A DNA stretch of 64,000 nucleotides from positions 160,001 through 224,000 of the IMG/VR virus record IMGVR_UViG_3300007171_000004, one strand, 5' to 3'. The translations under genes and the position numbers were made by a program. Source of the stretch: a virus. Its lineage: Duplodnaviria > Caudoviricetes. The notes under the pieces are model-generated. The model saw only the letters and a list, made by a program, of their open reading frames with translations, was not told the DNA's origin and did no database searches. Positions 1 to 9,863 of this stretch are shown here, piece after piece (the first letter of the stretch is position 1; every line of letters starts with the position of its first letter).

Positions 1-2634
1 TTTAATTACGTTTTGATTAATTACGTTTTCTGTAGATGAATTTTCAGTTGTTAAGTTATTCTTTATAACTGCTTCATAATTTTCAGTATTAAGTGTTTCC
101 TGGTTTACAAAAGTTGAATCAGATGCTAAATTTTCAGTATTAAAATTGTTATATTCACTATTTGATAATTCTTCAGTATTTGAAACATTAGAGTTATTTG
201 AAGATGAATTGTTTGTTACATTGTTATTTTCTGTAATGATTGAAGATTGATTGTTTAGAACATCCACATTGCTGTTTAAAGTATTATCTTCAATGATAGT
301 CTGATTAGATTCATTGCTTTCAGACTTAGAATTGTTTACATTTGAGTTCTGAACATTTGTATTATGAATAGATGAATTATCAATAATTGTGGAATTATTT
401 TGATTATCCACAGAAACATAATCACTTTGTTGTGTATTACTTTCAGAATAATTTTCAGTGTTTAATTTCTCTTCAAAAAACTCATTGTTCTGTACACTGT
501 TTAAATTAGTCTGTTCTGCAACATTACTTGTCTGATTGTTAATAAAGCTTTCGTTTGTAACATTTTCAGAATTATAGTTATTCTCTAAAGATTCTTGACT
601 GTTTATTTCTGTTGAGCTAATATTTGTGGATTCAAAGTTCGCTGTATTATTAATCTCATCGTATTGATTTACATTACTAGCGAATGATGAAGATTGGTTC
701 TGCTCATTGATGTTAGTAGTTGATGAGCTTGAATATTGATTGTTAACTGAATTTAGATTATTTTCATTATTTGATATATCAGTGTTGTTGGTTGTATTAT
801 TTGTATTTTCAGAATTAACATTTAAGCTCTGATTATCAATATAATTTTCAGAATAATTAACCTCAGAAGAATAAGTCTCAGTGAATAACTTTTCTTCTGT
901 AATGTTTAAGTTTTCTGCATTGTTGAAGTTAGTTTGATTAGTATTGCTAAAATTATTTTGAGCAGAGCTATTATCTACATCTATGTTGCTAGTAGTCTCA
1001 TTTATAACAGATTCATTGCTAAATTTATTTTCTTTATTTTCAGTTGTATTTTGGATATTAAGATCACTATTATTTTGAACACTCTCATTGCTACTAAAAT
1101 TGTCTGTCTGATTTATTGTTTCAGAATTATCAATTGTAGACTGACTATTACTTGAATTAACCTCATGCGTATTAGAAACTTGATTATTTTCAATATTCTC
1201 TGAGTTATTTAAATTTGTGACATTTTGAATATTCTCATTATCACTAGAATAATAATTTTCAGTATTTAATGTTTCCTCAGTAACAGAAGAGTTATTAAAT
1301 GTAGCACTATTTTCTTCAGTTAAATTGTTTGATAGATTTGAGGATTCAGTATTATTTGTAATTGAATTAGTTTCATTATTACTTATATTTTGATTTAAAG
1401 TTGTGGAATCAAAATTATTTACAGAATTGTCTACAGAATTAACTTGATCTCCTGAAATGTTTGAATCATATTGCTCTGTATTTAAAACTTCTTCTTCAAT
1501 AATAGTTTCAGTTATATTTATATCAATTTGCTGGCTATCTGTATTACTAGTAAAATTTTCTGAATTATTGTTAATGTTTGAAGAATAATTTTCAGTTACA
1601 TCAGTATTTTCATTTGACGTATTAAAATTCTGATTAACATTATTTGTCAGGTTATTGTTATTGACTAATTCAGAATTTGAGGAGTTATTGTTTGAAACAA
1701 ATGTGTCATAATATTCTGTATTTAAAGATTCTTCGTTGTTAATAATTGACTCATTTGAAACATTGAAGCTACTATTATCGATATTTTGATTGTTAGTTAT
1801 ATTTTGGTTAACAATCTGCTCATTGTTTACATTTTGATTATTCTCTGTGTTAGTAATATTTTGAGTGTTGTAAATCTGATCGGTTGTTTGATTTATTATG
1901 TTTTCAGTTTTATTCGTCTCATTATTTACTACTGAAGTGCTCGTAGCTATATCTAATGATTGATTATTATTTTCAACTTTATTTGATGAGTTATCTATAT
2001 ATTCATTTTCTATATTTTTGACATTTTTAGTATTTGGATTTAATGTCGTGATATTTATAGTTTTATCAAATGACTTATCTTTATTAGGTTTAACTGTCTT
2101 TTTGATGACAATTTTAGCCAACTTAACATTGATATCATCCTTATTAAAGAATGCAGCAAATGCAGCAGCCTTAGGGTCCATAGCCATAGCCTGAGATTGA
2201 TCAGCCATAGATTGCTTTTCAACTTTGATATCAACTTTTCTAGAAACAATTTCAACTTCCTCAACTGTTTTAGGTTTAGGAGGATTAAATACTGGAATAG
2301 TTTCTTCTCCAACTTCTTTTCTTTTGAAGTTTAAGAAAGTAGGATCGGCAGGGCGATTTCCACTATACTCATCAGTTTTAAGTGGAGAATAGCGTCGGGA
2401 AACTCTGGAGGTTGATAAAACATTTGCATCTTCAAGCGAAAAAATTTCATCAGGATCTTGTGTATTACCAGCTGTGTAACGATCGGTAGGAAGAGCTTTA
2501 CCCTTCATACCAGTTGCAGAAGATAAATTCTCTAAAGCATCTGACAATGAAGGGTCAATATTTTTAGCTTGTTTGAATGCATCAGATTTATTGGATATTT
2601 TATTATATGCAACCCAATTAATCTTATTACTCAT
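1..2634 (-). CDS. Asn/Ser/Thr/Glu-rich low-complexity protein (partial, at least 878 codons, runs off the window)
   Basis: ATG at 2634, 3 nt after the stop of 2638..4635. I translated it by hand to position 1 and found no stop (MSNKINWVAYNKISNK...NVINQNVIK). It is absent from the ORF track because no stop lies in the window. Confidence 0.9.
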   Translation of the reverse strand, partial: MSNKINWVAYNKISNKSDAFKQAKNIDPSLSDALENLSSATGMKGKALPTDRYTAGNTQDPDEIFSLEDANVLSTSRVSRRYSPLKTDEYSGNRPADPTFLNFKRKEVGEETIPVFNPPKPKTVEEVEIVSRKVDIKVEKQSMADQSQAMAMDPKAAAFAAFFNKDDINVKLAKIVIKKTVKPNKDKSFDKTINITTLNPNTKNVKNIENEYIDNSSNKVENNNQSLDIATSTSVVNNETNKTENIINQTTDQIYNTQNITNTENNQNVNNEQIVNQNITNNQNIDNSSFNVSNESIINNEESLNTEYYDTFVSNNNSSNSELVNNNNLTNNVNQNFNTSNENTDVTENYSSNINNNSENFTSNTDSQQIDINITETIIEEEVLNTEQYDSNISGDQVNSVDNSVNNFDSTTLNQNISNNETNSITNNTESSNLSNNLTEENSATFNNSSVTEETLNTENYYSSDNENIQNVTNLNNSENIENNQVSNTHEVNSSNSQSTIDNSETINQTDNFSSNESVQNNSDLNIQNTTENKENKFSNESVINETTSNIDVDNSSAQNNFSNTNQTNFNNAENLNITEEKLFTETYSSEVNYSENYIDNQSLNVNSENTNNTTNNTDISNNENNLNSVNNQYSSSSTTNINEQNQSSSFASNVNQYDEINNTANFESTNISSTEINSQESLENNYNSENVTNESFINNQTSNVAEQTNLNSVQNNEFFEEKLNTENYSESNTQQSDYVSVDNQNNSTIIDNSSIHNTNVQNSNVNNSKSESNESNQTIIEDNTLNSNVDVLNNQSSIITENNNVTNNSSSNNSNVSNTEELSNSEYNNFNTENLASDSTFVNQETLNTENYEAVIKNNLTTENSSTENVINQNVIK

Positions 2635-2637
2635 GGA

Positions 2638-4635
2638 TTATATTGTACGTTTTTTCTTTTTTCTTCTAATAGTGAAAGAAGGGGTTTTGCGGAATTTTGA
2701 TGGGTGTTCTAAAATTGTCCCATAAGGAGGGTCATTATCATAGAGTTCGTTATAATAATCTTCAATAACTTCATCAGCTACTTTTTCATATTTAGCAACT
2801 TTGATGAATTTTTCAGACTCAGATCCTCTAAATGGATTCCTATAAACTCCAGGGGACATTTCTCTTCTAAGAGCCTTGATCTTCAGCTCCATGGATCTAA
2901 TAATGCGTTTAGTTCTATCAGCCATGCCTTTAAAGACATTATCAGTATTTGGATCTCCAGTAGAAATAGAAGAATACATTGATAAAGCTTGAGATCTTAA
3001 TCCCATTTCAGTTTTATATGTAGCAATAAGAGCATCATATACAGGAAGTAAATTAATACCTCCAGATTGAACAGCGTTATCCTTTTCAAGCTCAGCGGAT
3101 TCTCTTTGAGCTTTCACTTGAATAATTTGAATTTCTATAGGTAATGAAATAGTGTAAACATTTGCAGTAATTAAATCTTGCTGTCTAGCTGCAATTTCTT
3201 GTTGATATTTAACTAAAATATCTCTACTAATAACAGCTGGTGTTTTTTGCGATGGGTCAATGGTAGCTATATCGCTCTGAAATTTTTCACCAACATCTAT
3301 CAATTGATTTAAAACTTTAATATCATATTCAATTGTATTCTTGTAATTTTCTACTTCTGTTAGAATTGCCTGTGGGTCGATATTTTCAACAGTAGTATTT
3401 GTGAAAAATTGTTGAGTTTCTGTAGAGCTTCCATAAGAATATTTTAGAACTTGATCAATTCTTGATTTAATTTGAGTAATTTGTTCGCTAAGTTTACCAT
3501 GCTGTTCAACAAGAATTCCTAATTCACGTTGGATTTTCATCTGTTCAGCACTAGTTTTACTTCCTGCAGCCATACTAGCAGCTTGATTAGCAGGAGCAGT
3601 AGATGGAAGAGGACCAACACCTGGAGTAGCACCTGTAGGTCCAGTTCCCATTAATGAAGTAAATGTTGGAGTAGTACTTGTAGGAGGAGCAGCAACTCTT
3701 ATAAATTTATTAGATTGAGCTCCTCTTCCTGTTTGAGGTACAGAAATATTACCTCCAGGAAGCATTCCCTTTCCAACATCTACTGCTGTTCCAGTAGAGG
3801 ATAATATTTGTAACATTCTGTTCCAGTAAGCTAGTATTGACCCAAGAGGTCCATTCATATTTTTAAGATATAAATCTCTTAAGTTTTTCAATACTCCAGC
3901 ATTATATTCGCTTCTACCTTTGATCATTTCAGTATCAAATTTACCCTTGGTCATTTCAAGCTTTTCTTTTTCCATCTTTTCCTTTTCACGGGCTAGTTGA
4001 AGTTCAGAAACTTGCTTAAATCCATCAGTAGAAGGAGAACCTAAGGCTTTAAAAGCTTGTTCAAGAGGCTTAATATCATCTGCATTACCACCAGCGCCTA
4101 AGGTGGTGTAAATCATCGGAATTTGATTAACTGCAAAAGGATCACCAAAAGCTAATGCTAATGCAGTGTCCATTATTCTTAGACTTGGATGTTTTTTCTC
4201 ATATTCATTAATAAGTTTAAGAATATTCTTAAAGTGAGATAGGTCCTCAAAGCCAAATTTACTAGCTAATAGTTTAATAAATATTTCGAATGTTTGAGGA
4301 CCATCCATAAATCCCATGGAGGCAGTTTCAGCAACAATATTAAAAAATTCAGTAATTTTTGATGGACTTAAAAAAGATGTAAGTCTAGCATAGTACTGAT
4401 TTTTAAAAGTTGGTTCATCGCTTGGCAAGCCAGCAGCAGCTGCTGCTTCAAAAGCCAATTGGAAATCTCTTTGTTGTTTGGCGTTCTTATCAGCATCGGT
4501 ATCTAAGCTACTTTTACCTTCTTCAGATTTAGTATCTTCAGTCTGTCTGCGAGTACGCCCAGCAATATCGGCTCCAATTTCTTCGAGAGCTTCACCAGTT
4601 GTTACGGCTTCTGCACCTGGAATTGTAGTAGGCAT
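2638..4635 (-). CDS. hypothetical protein, probable virion/internal head protein
   Basis: 665-aa ORF with coiled-coil-like stretches, a P/T/G-rich linker and RVAA/KVAK/KVAD motifs like those in the head proteins. Confidence 0.7.
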   Translation of the reverse strand: MPTTIPGAEAVTTGEALEEIGADIAGRTRRQTEDTKSEEGKSSLDTDADKNAKQQRDFQLAFEAAAAAGLPSDEPTFKNQYYARLTSFLSPSKITEFFNIVAETASMGFMDGPQTFEIFIKLLASKFGFEDLSHFKNILKLINEYEKKHPSLRIMDTALALAFGDPFAVNQIPMIYTTLGAGGNADDIKPLEQAFKALGSPSTDGFKQVSELQLAREKEKMEKEKLEMTKGKFDTEMIKGRSEYNAGVLKNLRDLYLKNMNGPLGSILAYWNRMLQILSSTGTAVDVGKGMLPGGNISVPQTGRGAQSNKFIRVAAPPTSTTPTFTSLMGTGPTGATPGVGPLPSTAPANQAASMAAGSKTSAEQMKIQRELGILVEQHGKLSEQITQIKSRIDQVLKYSYGSSTETQQFFTNTTVENIDPQAILTEVENYKNTIEYDIKVLNQLIDVGEKFQSDIATIDPSQKTPAVISRDILVKYQQEIAARQQDLITANVYTISLPIEIQIIQVKAQRESAELEKDNAVQSGGINLLPVYDALIATYKTEMGLRSQALSMYSSISTGDPNTDNVFKGMADRTKRIIRSMELKIKALRREMSPGVYRNPFRGSESEKFIKVAKYEKVADEVIEDYYNELYDNDPPYGTILEHPSKFRKTPSFTIRRKKKKRTI

Positions 4636-4817
4636 TAATTTTTCCCAGAAATAATTTTATATGTGTTCGTGGAACAATGTGGACATTTTCCTTGAAGAGC
4701 ATGTCGGGAGCTTTTCATTTGGACTTGCTTAGGTCCTGTGACTGTAACCATAGTTCTGCATTTAACGCAGTACATTTGGTGTGTATGAGCGGCATTTTCA
4801 AGAGTTTGTGTTTGCAT
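4635..4817 (-). CDS. DUF5679-like zinc-ribbon protein
   Basis: MYCVKCR...V.MKSSRHALQGKCPHCST...YKI matches the YCxKC...GxCPxCGT pattern. Confidence 0.75.
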   Translation of the reverse strand: MQTQTLENAAHTHQMYCVKCRTMVTVTGPKQVQMKSSRHALQGKCPHCSTNTYKIISGKN

Positions 4818-4841
4818 AAAAGGTATACCTCAGGTTCAAAT

Positions 4842-4869
4842 ATACTAGATTGTTGTACAAATTTCCTAT
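4842..4869 (-). promoter_or_regulatory. weak sigmaH-type promoter candidate
   Basis: ATAGGAAAT on the minus strand; AGGA-N18-GTAT has one mismatch to GAAT; it lies upstream of 4817. Confidence 0.3.
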
Positions 4870-5217
4870 ATGCCTAGATATGATTTTGTTTGCCAGACAG
4901 ATAAAACTAAGAAATTCACTCTCAATATACAATTATCTGATTACAAACCAGAAATTGAATGTCCTTGCGGTTCAGAATCTTGTATCGCAATAAGACAATT
5001 TGGGTCTTTCTCTGTTCAATCTGGACTAACCGCTAGTGAGAAAAAATATGGCACAACATCTACTCGCAAAGAGATGGCAGAATTTGTAAAAGATCAACGT
5101 GAGGTAAGAAAATCTACCTATGCTCCAGACACTAGAGAGTCAAAATCTAACGAACTATGGACTGGAAAAGAAGGATTGGATGGAGTTACTACACTAGCCG
5201 TACAAAGGAAAGATTAA
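4870..5217 (+). CDS. FmdB-family (CxxC_CxxC) zinc-ribbon protein
   Basis: N-terminus MPRYDFVC...F.....LSDYKPEIECPCGS...RQF is the typical FmdB-like pattern. Confidence 0.7.
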   Translation: MPRYDFVCQTDKTKKFTLNIQLSDYKPEIECPCGSESCIAIRQFGSFSVQSGLTASEKKYGTTSTRKEMAEFVKDQREVRKSTYAPDTRESKSNELWTGKEGLDGVTTLAVQRKD

Positions 5218-5993
5218 TGGAAAACTTACAGCCACAAGAAGAGCACAGCTTTATCGTCCAAAATGTAACCCTTGGACCTCATTATATTAGTGATATCAGA
5301 ATTCAATTTGATGCACTTGAAGTTATCGACCTAACATGGGAAGATCCTATGGCAATCAAGAAGTCCAAAGATCTTCAAAATTCTCTTCGTAAGGGAATTT
5401 TAAAGCAGATCACCAAAGAGCAATGGGATAGAATTTTAGATCGACAATCTGTTAAGGAAAAGAACGAATTGCTTAAAAGTAAGTCTGATAAGCAAACTCA
5501 AACTTTTGAAATTGATGGAAAGCAGCTTGAAGTTGAAATGATTGATGCTCAAAAGAGTTATAAGGGTAGTGATACAGTAACAACATCTGGACATGCCAAT
5601 GATTCTTTATCATATGCAACTGCTCTAGATATTGCTCAAGCACAAGCTGAAATTCAAGGAAGAGAACTTACAGCAGAAGATTTTGCTGAAATGGTATCCA
5701 AAGATTCTAATTTAGTTCCTCGTCTTCTTTCTCAAAATCTTTCGGCAGTTTCAGGAGATACTAGAACAGGTAAGGCTTATGTAGCAACTGCTCCTAATAG
5801 TTATGCAGATCAAACTCAAGTATCTCAAGTACGCATGACAAATTTTAATAAGGAAGGATATATGGCAACTCCTTCAAATGATTTATCTTCATCTGCTGAC
5901 TTCTTTACTGAAGACGATCCAATTGCTATGGAAATTGACTTAAGTGTTGAGGGTGGTGAAGATGCCTCTGATGGTGGGATTCGCAGACTTTAA
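5217..5993 (+). CDS. hypothetical protein (virion block)
   Basis: TAATG overlap with the upstream gene supports the start MENLQPQ at 5217 rather than 5157. Confidence 0.7.
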   Translation: MENLQPQEEHSFIVQNVTLGPHYISDIRIQFDALEVIDLTWEDPMAIKKSKDLQNSLRKGILKQITKEQWDRILDRQSVKEKNELLKSKSDKQTQTFEIDGKQLEVEMIDAQKSYKGSDTVTTSGHANDSLSYATALDIAQAQAEIQGRELTAEDFAEMVSKDSNLVPRLLSQNLSAVSGDTRTGKAYVATAPNSYADQTQVSQVRMTNFNKEGYMATPSNDLSSSADFFTEDDPIAMEIDLSVEGGEDASDGGIRRL

Positions 5994-6018
5994 GCTCAAG
6001 TGAAGGATTTGAAAGACT

Positions 6019-6053
6019 CAGCTGGGGAAATTATCCTCAGCTGTTCTTTTTTT
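6019..6053 (+). terminator. intrinsic terminator
   Basis: CAGCTGGGGA-AATTA-TCCTCAGCTG followed by TTCTTTTTTT, just after the stop at 5993. Confidence 0.75.
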
Positions 6054-6064
6054 AGGAGTATGAA

Positions 6065-7120
6065 ATGGATGAAATCGTAACCATAAATTCGTATAATGAA
6101 AGTCCTCTATATTTTTATAATACTAGTTTTAATAATCCCGGTATCTACATCGAATGGGAAAGAATCACACCATCTGGTGTTGTAACATATACAGTTCAAA
6201 GAAGTGACTATTTCGATGGAATCTATGCAGATATTGCTAATGTTGCCTATCCAATTAACGAATATGTTGATCCAAATGGAAAAGCAAATTCTTATTATAA
6301 AATAATAGAAAAAGATTCTTTAGGAGCAACACTTTCTACTTCTCAACCATTATCAGGTGATGAGTTATTGATGAAAAGCAGCTTGAGATATGAATTACAA
6401 ACTCTTCTTAATGTGCCAATTTATGATGAAGAAGTTATTTTTAGTGGTGATAGAAAAAGAGCATCTGTTGCATTCCCTTACTGGAACTTCAATCCTAGAC
6501 CAGAACTTAGAATAACTGGATATTCAGATGATGGTGATAGAGATCCTATGATAGTCCTATCTGAAAATACTCCAATTTTGAAAACAAAGAATGGTGCAAA
6601 TAATTACTCATCTGGACTTAAATATAAAACAGATTATATGGGTAATATTTTCTTTCTAAATTCAGCAGGTGAACCAACAGCAGTCCAAGCTTACGATACA
6701 ATTTTAGCTTCATATAACATCAAATTATTTACAGGATCTCATATGAATCATGCTCTTCATATGGCATTACAATCTGTAAACTCACAACCTGGTGCTTCAA
6801 AATATTCTACTGTAGCATCAGCACCTTATTATTACGAACCAGCTTTAATCATTGGCGCTTCATATTATCTTCTAAGAAGCTTACTTACTTCTCTAACTCA
6901 AAGACAAAAAAGACTATTATTAGAAGACCCAGATGCGAAAATTATTGATGATTTAAGAAATACTACTACAATGTACAAGGAAGAATTTGAGAAACTTCTT
7001 GAAAAGCTTCCTCTCGCAAAGCTTCCAAATACAAGAAGTATCACAGTACCAGAATACAATATGCCTGGTGGTAGAAGCAGATTCTTTAGATTTGCCTTTA
7101 ATATTCCTGGAGCTATTTAA
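6065..7120 (+). CDS. putative neck/head-tail adaptor-like virion protein
   Basis: AGGAG RBS. N-terminal FN3-like strand pattern (IEW...YTVQRS...EYVD...YYKI) and a C-terminal helical part (HALHMALQSVN...PALIIGASYYLL) reminiscent of adaptor proteins. Function inferred. Confidence 0.45.
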   Translation: MDEIVTINSYNESPLYFYNTSFNNPGIYIEWERITPSGVVTYTVQRSDYFDGIYADIANVAYPINEYVDPNGKANSYYKIIEKDSLGATLSTSQPLSGDELLMKSSLRYELQTLLNVPIYDEEVIFSGDRKRASVAFPYWNFNPRPELRITGYSDDGDRDPMIVLSENTPILKTKNGANNYSSGLKYKTDYMGNIFFLNSAGEPTAVQAYDTILASYNIKLFTGSHMNHALHMALQSVNSQPGASKYSTVASAPYYYEPALIIGASYYLLRSLLTSLTQRQKRLLLEDPDAKIIDDLRNTTTMYKEEFEKLLEKLPLAKLPNTRSITVPEYNMPGGRSRFFRFAFNIPGAI

Positions 7121-7124
7121 AAAT

Positions 7125-7688
7125 TTGGATTTAGTAATTAAATCAAACAATATCTCAAGAACATTAAAAATTAAGAATAAATTTAATTACAGCAATCTGA
7201 TAATACTTTCTGAAAACAAAAATATAGAAAAGATATTAGATTGCTCTGTTATAAATTGTTCATCAGAAGAATATATATCAAACTATTCATCTATATATTC
7301 TGAAAACTTATTGATTGATGACAGATTAAATTTAAATATTGACATTAAATCATTCTTGACAAAATTTAGAATTAACGAATATGATTTGCTAGTTCCACTG
7401 ACATACGGAGATACTGTTTCTTTAATTTTCTCACAAATTACAGGGAATGTTAAAAGCTGCCTCCCTACAGAGTGGGATCCAAATTTTATAGATCATGATA
7501 TTTTAGATTCAAGTTTATGGTCAGAATTTAAAAATCAAAAATGTAAAACTCATATTAGTGATTTTAAAATTAATCCAAATTTAAGTAAGTATCTTTTAAT
7601 TGCATGGAAGGGGACAAATTTAGAAAGATGCTATATGTCTCCTAAATTTTTAGCCAACTATGATTCAAATTGCAATAACATCTCATAA
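7125..7688 (+). CDS. hypothetical protein (glycosyltransferase cluster)
   Basis: TTG start 4 nt after the upstream stop, with GGAG upstream. The track start at 6987 overlaps the previous gene. Confidence 0.6.
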   Translation: MDLVIKSNNISRTLKIKNKFNYSNLIILSENKNIEKILDCSVINCSSEEYISNYSSIYSENLLIDDRLNLNIDIKSFLTKFRINEYDLLVPLTYGDTVSLIFSQITGNVKSCLPTEWDPNFIDHDILDSSLWSEFKNQKCKTHISDFKINPNLSKYLLIAWKGTNLERCYMSPKFLANYDSNCNNIS

Positions 7689-8280
7689 ATCTAGCTATGA
7701 AAAATGTGCCATACCTCTTGTCAAGTCATTTTTAAGTTCTGGCATTGAATTAAATAAAATATCAGTATTTGCTGGAGGTTATGAAAATTTTTCTTCTAAT
7801 ATCGAAATTTGTAGAACTTATAGAACAAACCATAATTCCTACGACCATACTGCTATTATTGAAATAATTGAAAAAAATATAAGATCAGACTATTGGTTTA
7901 TTCTTCATGATACATGTATTGCAGATGGTAATTTTAAAAATGCTCACATAAAACTTGGATATGATTTAGTCACTATTACAGAAGCTGGATGGTGGAATAT
8001 GGGACTATATAGCTGGGATTTTATTGAAAAGAATAAACATTATTTCCTATCACTAAAAAACTGCACTAAATCTCAAGCTATTCTATCTGAACGATTTAAC
8101 AATAGATTGACAGAAAATTTATCTTATTATATTGAAGAATCGGATATTATAGAAAAAAAACCTTCTGATATTTACAATGATTCAATACTAAGAAAAGGCA
8201 TTTATTTTAAAGATCTTGGCCTTACTAAATATCAAAGTTACTATCCCAATTCTAAACTTTTAGTTGAGTTGTCAAAATGA
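7660..8280 (+). CDS. putative GT-A fold glycosyltransferase
   Basis: IAITSH N-terminal strand, NSYDHTAII, and DYWFILHDTC (DxD-like position); overlaps the GT8-like gene by ATGA. Confidence 0.45.
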   Translation: MIQIAITSHKSSYEKCAIPLVKSFLSSGIELNKISVFAGGYENFSSNIEICRTYRTNHNSYDHTAIIEIIEKNIRSDYWFILHDTCIADGNFKNAHIKLGYDLVTITEAGWWNMGLYSWDFIEKNKHYFLSLKNCTKSQAILSERFNNRLTENLSYYIEESDIIEKKPSDIYNDSILRKGIYFKDLGLTKYQSYYPNSKLLVELSK

Positions 8281-9863
8281 TCATAGACAGAATTCTGATA
8301 GATCAAAATCAGACGTTAGAAAATGATGACTCTGACTATCTTTTTTTCAATATATATTTTGAAAATTACATAGAAGGCTCTGAGTTAAACATTTATGCTG
8401 GAAATTTATTAGTATTTAGCATTAAAAATCCAATATCTCAAATCACAACTGGGTTTATAGTTCCTTTATTTAAATGCAAATATATACATATAATTATCAA
8501 CAACAATAATTGCATTTTAACAAATCTATCAACAGTAAAAAATTTCATCGAGTGGAAAACTAATAATTTTTCTAAGTCCAAAAGCAAAATGGTAGATGGT
8601 TATTTGGATAAAGTTATTGTAATGATGAGTGATGAAAAAGGGAATGAATGGCTTAAAAAATCTCTCCAATCAATAAAAACAAATGTAAATCTCAAAGATG
8701 TAAATTTAGCAATTATCAACCTAAATAATTCTAAAAAAGTCAAGAAAATATGCGAAGAAAATAATGCAATAGAAGTTCATGTTCAAGCTGATACAAACAG
8801 AATGATGCTCTGCAAGGGTTCATTGTATAGCATTGGTAACATTTTATTAGCTGAAAAATATCTATTTATCGATATAGACACAATTGTTCTAGATGATATT
8901 TCCATACTTTTATCTAAGATTGACATTAACTCAGGAATAAACATTTGCCAAGAAGGTGGAATACATGGAAAAAAGAACCTTAGCGACCTTCTTACTAATA
9001 ATCAAACACCTTATTTCTCAAGTGAAAAAGAATCTAAAGAATTAGTCCCATATATCACCAATCAAACTGCAATAAACGCTGGAATTTACTCTGGAGATAG
9101 AAAATCAATATTGCAGCTAGAGAGTAAGATAATTCAAATGGAGTATATGGGATTAAGATATATTGAAAGTAAAAAAGGAATAGATTGGAGAGAACAAGCT
9201 GTTTTTAATGTAGCTTTATCTCATAATAACAATATAAATATAATCCCCGAATACTTCAACTTTCAAATGCTAAATGTGAAAAACAAATCATTAGGTGAGA
9301 TTAAAGAATACATAGATAAAAATCAAATCAGAATATTACATTTCAATGGAGATTATGGAAAACAAATTTATGAACAATTCAAGGATTTAAACTTTACTTC
9401 AAAAAATGAATTTCATAAGAAAGTATTTAAGATTGAAGACAGATTAAATTTTGATAAGAAGTATTCCATCAGCCAAGTAGATAAAGTTTTAAATGACAAA
9501 GTTTTTAATAGAGAGAGTATTTTAGTCATTGATTCAAACTTAGTACCAGACTTTATTAAATACAAAGAAAAATTAGTAATTCTTGAAGATTATGATGAAA
9601 GGGAAGAAGAAGATTTAATAATTACCCAAAATATTTTCCTCAAAATCAAGACAAAAATAAACAAAAATTTTGATTTAATCTTAATCCACAACAAAAGAGA
9701 GCGAAGAAATACAAAAATTATTCTAAATTTAGCTAAAAACTTGCTTAAAAACAGCGGAATATTAATCATAGAGTCAGAAGATAAACAAGAGAAATTAATT
9801 GATAAAAACGATTTAGAATTTAGCTTTATGAACAAGAGATATGAGGTCTATTTTGGAAACTGA
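8277..9863 (+). CDS. GT8-like glycosyltransferase with C-terminal methyltransferase-like domain
   Basis: YLFIDIDTIV (DxD), INAGIY, WREQAVFN and ILHFNG are GT8-type motifs; C-terminal FDLILIH...LLKNSGILIIE. Confidence 0.7.
   Translation: MIIDRILIDQNQTLENDDSDYLFFNIYFENYIEGSELNIYAGNLLVFSIKNPISQITTGFIVPLFKCKYIHIIINNNNCILTNLSTVKNFIEWKTNNFSKSKSKMVDGYLDKVIVMMSDEKGNEWLKKSLQSIKTNVNLKDVNLAIINLNNSKKVKKICEENNAIEVHVQADTNRMMLCKGSLYSIGNILLAEKYLFIDIDTIVLDDISILLSKIDINSGINICQEGGIHGKKNLSDLLTNNQTPYFSSEKESKELVPYITNQTAINAGIYSGDRKSILQLESKIIQMEYMGLRYIESKKGIDWREQAVFNVALSHNNNINIIPEYFNFQMLNVKNKSLGEIKEYIDKNQIRILHFNGDYGKQIYEQFKDLNFTSKNEFHKKVFKIEDRLNFDKKYSISQVDKVLNDKVFNRESILVIDSNLVPDFIKYKEKLVILEDYDEREEEDLIITQNIFLKIKTKINKNFDLILIHNKRERRNTKIILNLAKNLLKNSGILIIESEDKQEKLIDKNDLEFSFMNKRYEVYFGN

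Noticed and set aside
934-2312. Track ORFs 934..1155 (+) and 2055..2312 (-)
   Set aside because: They are antisense or out-of-frame by-products of the real ORF 2634 to <1.
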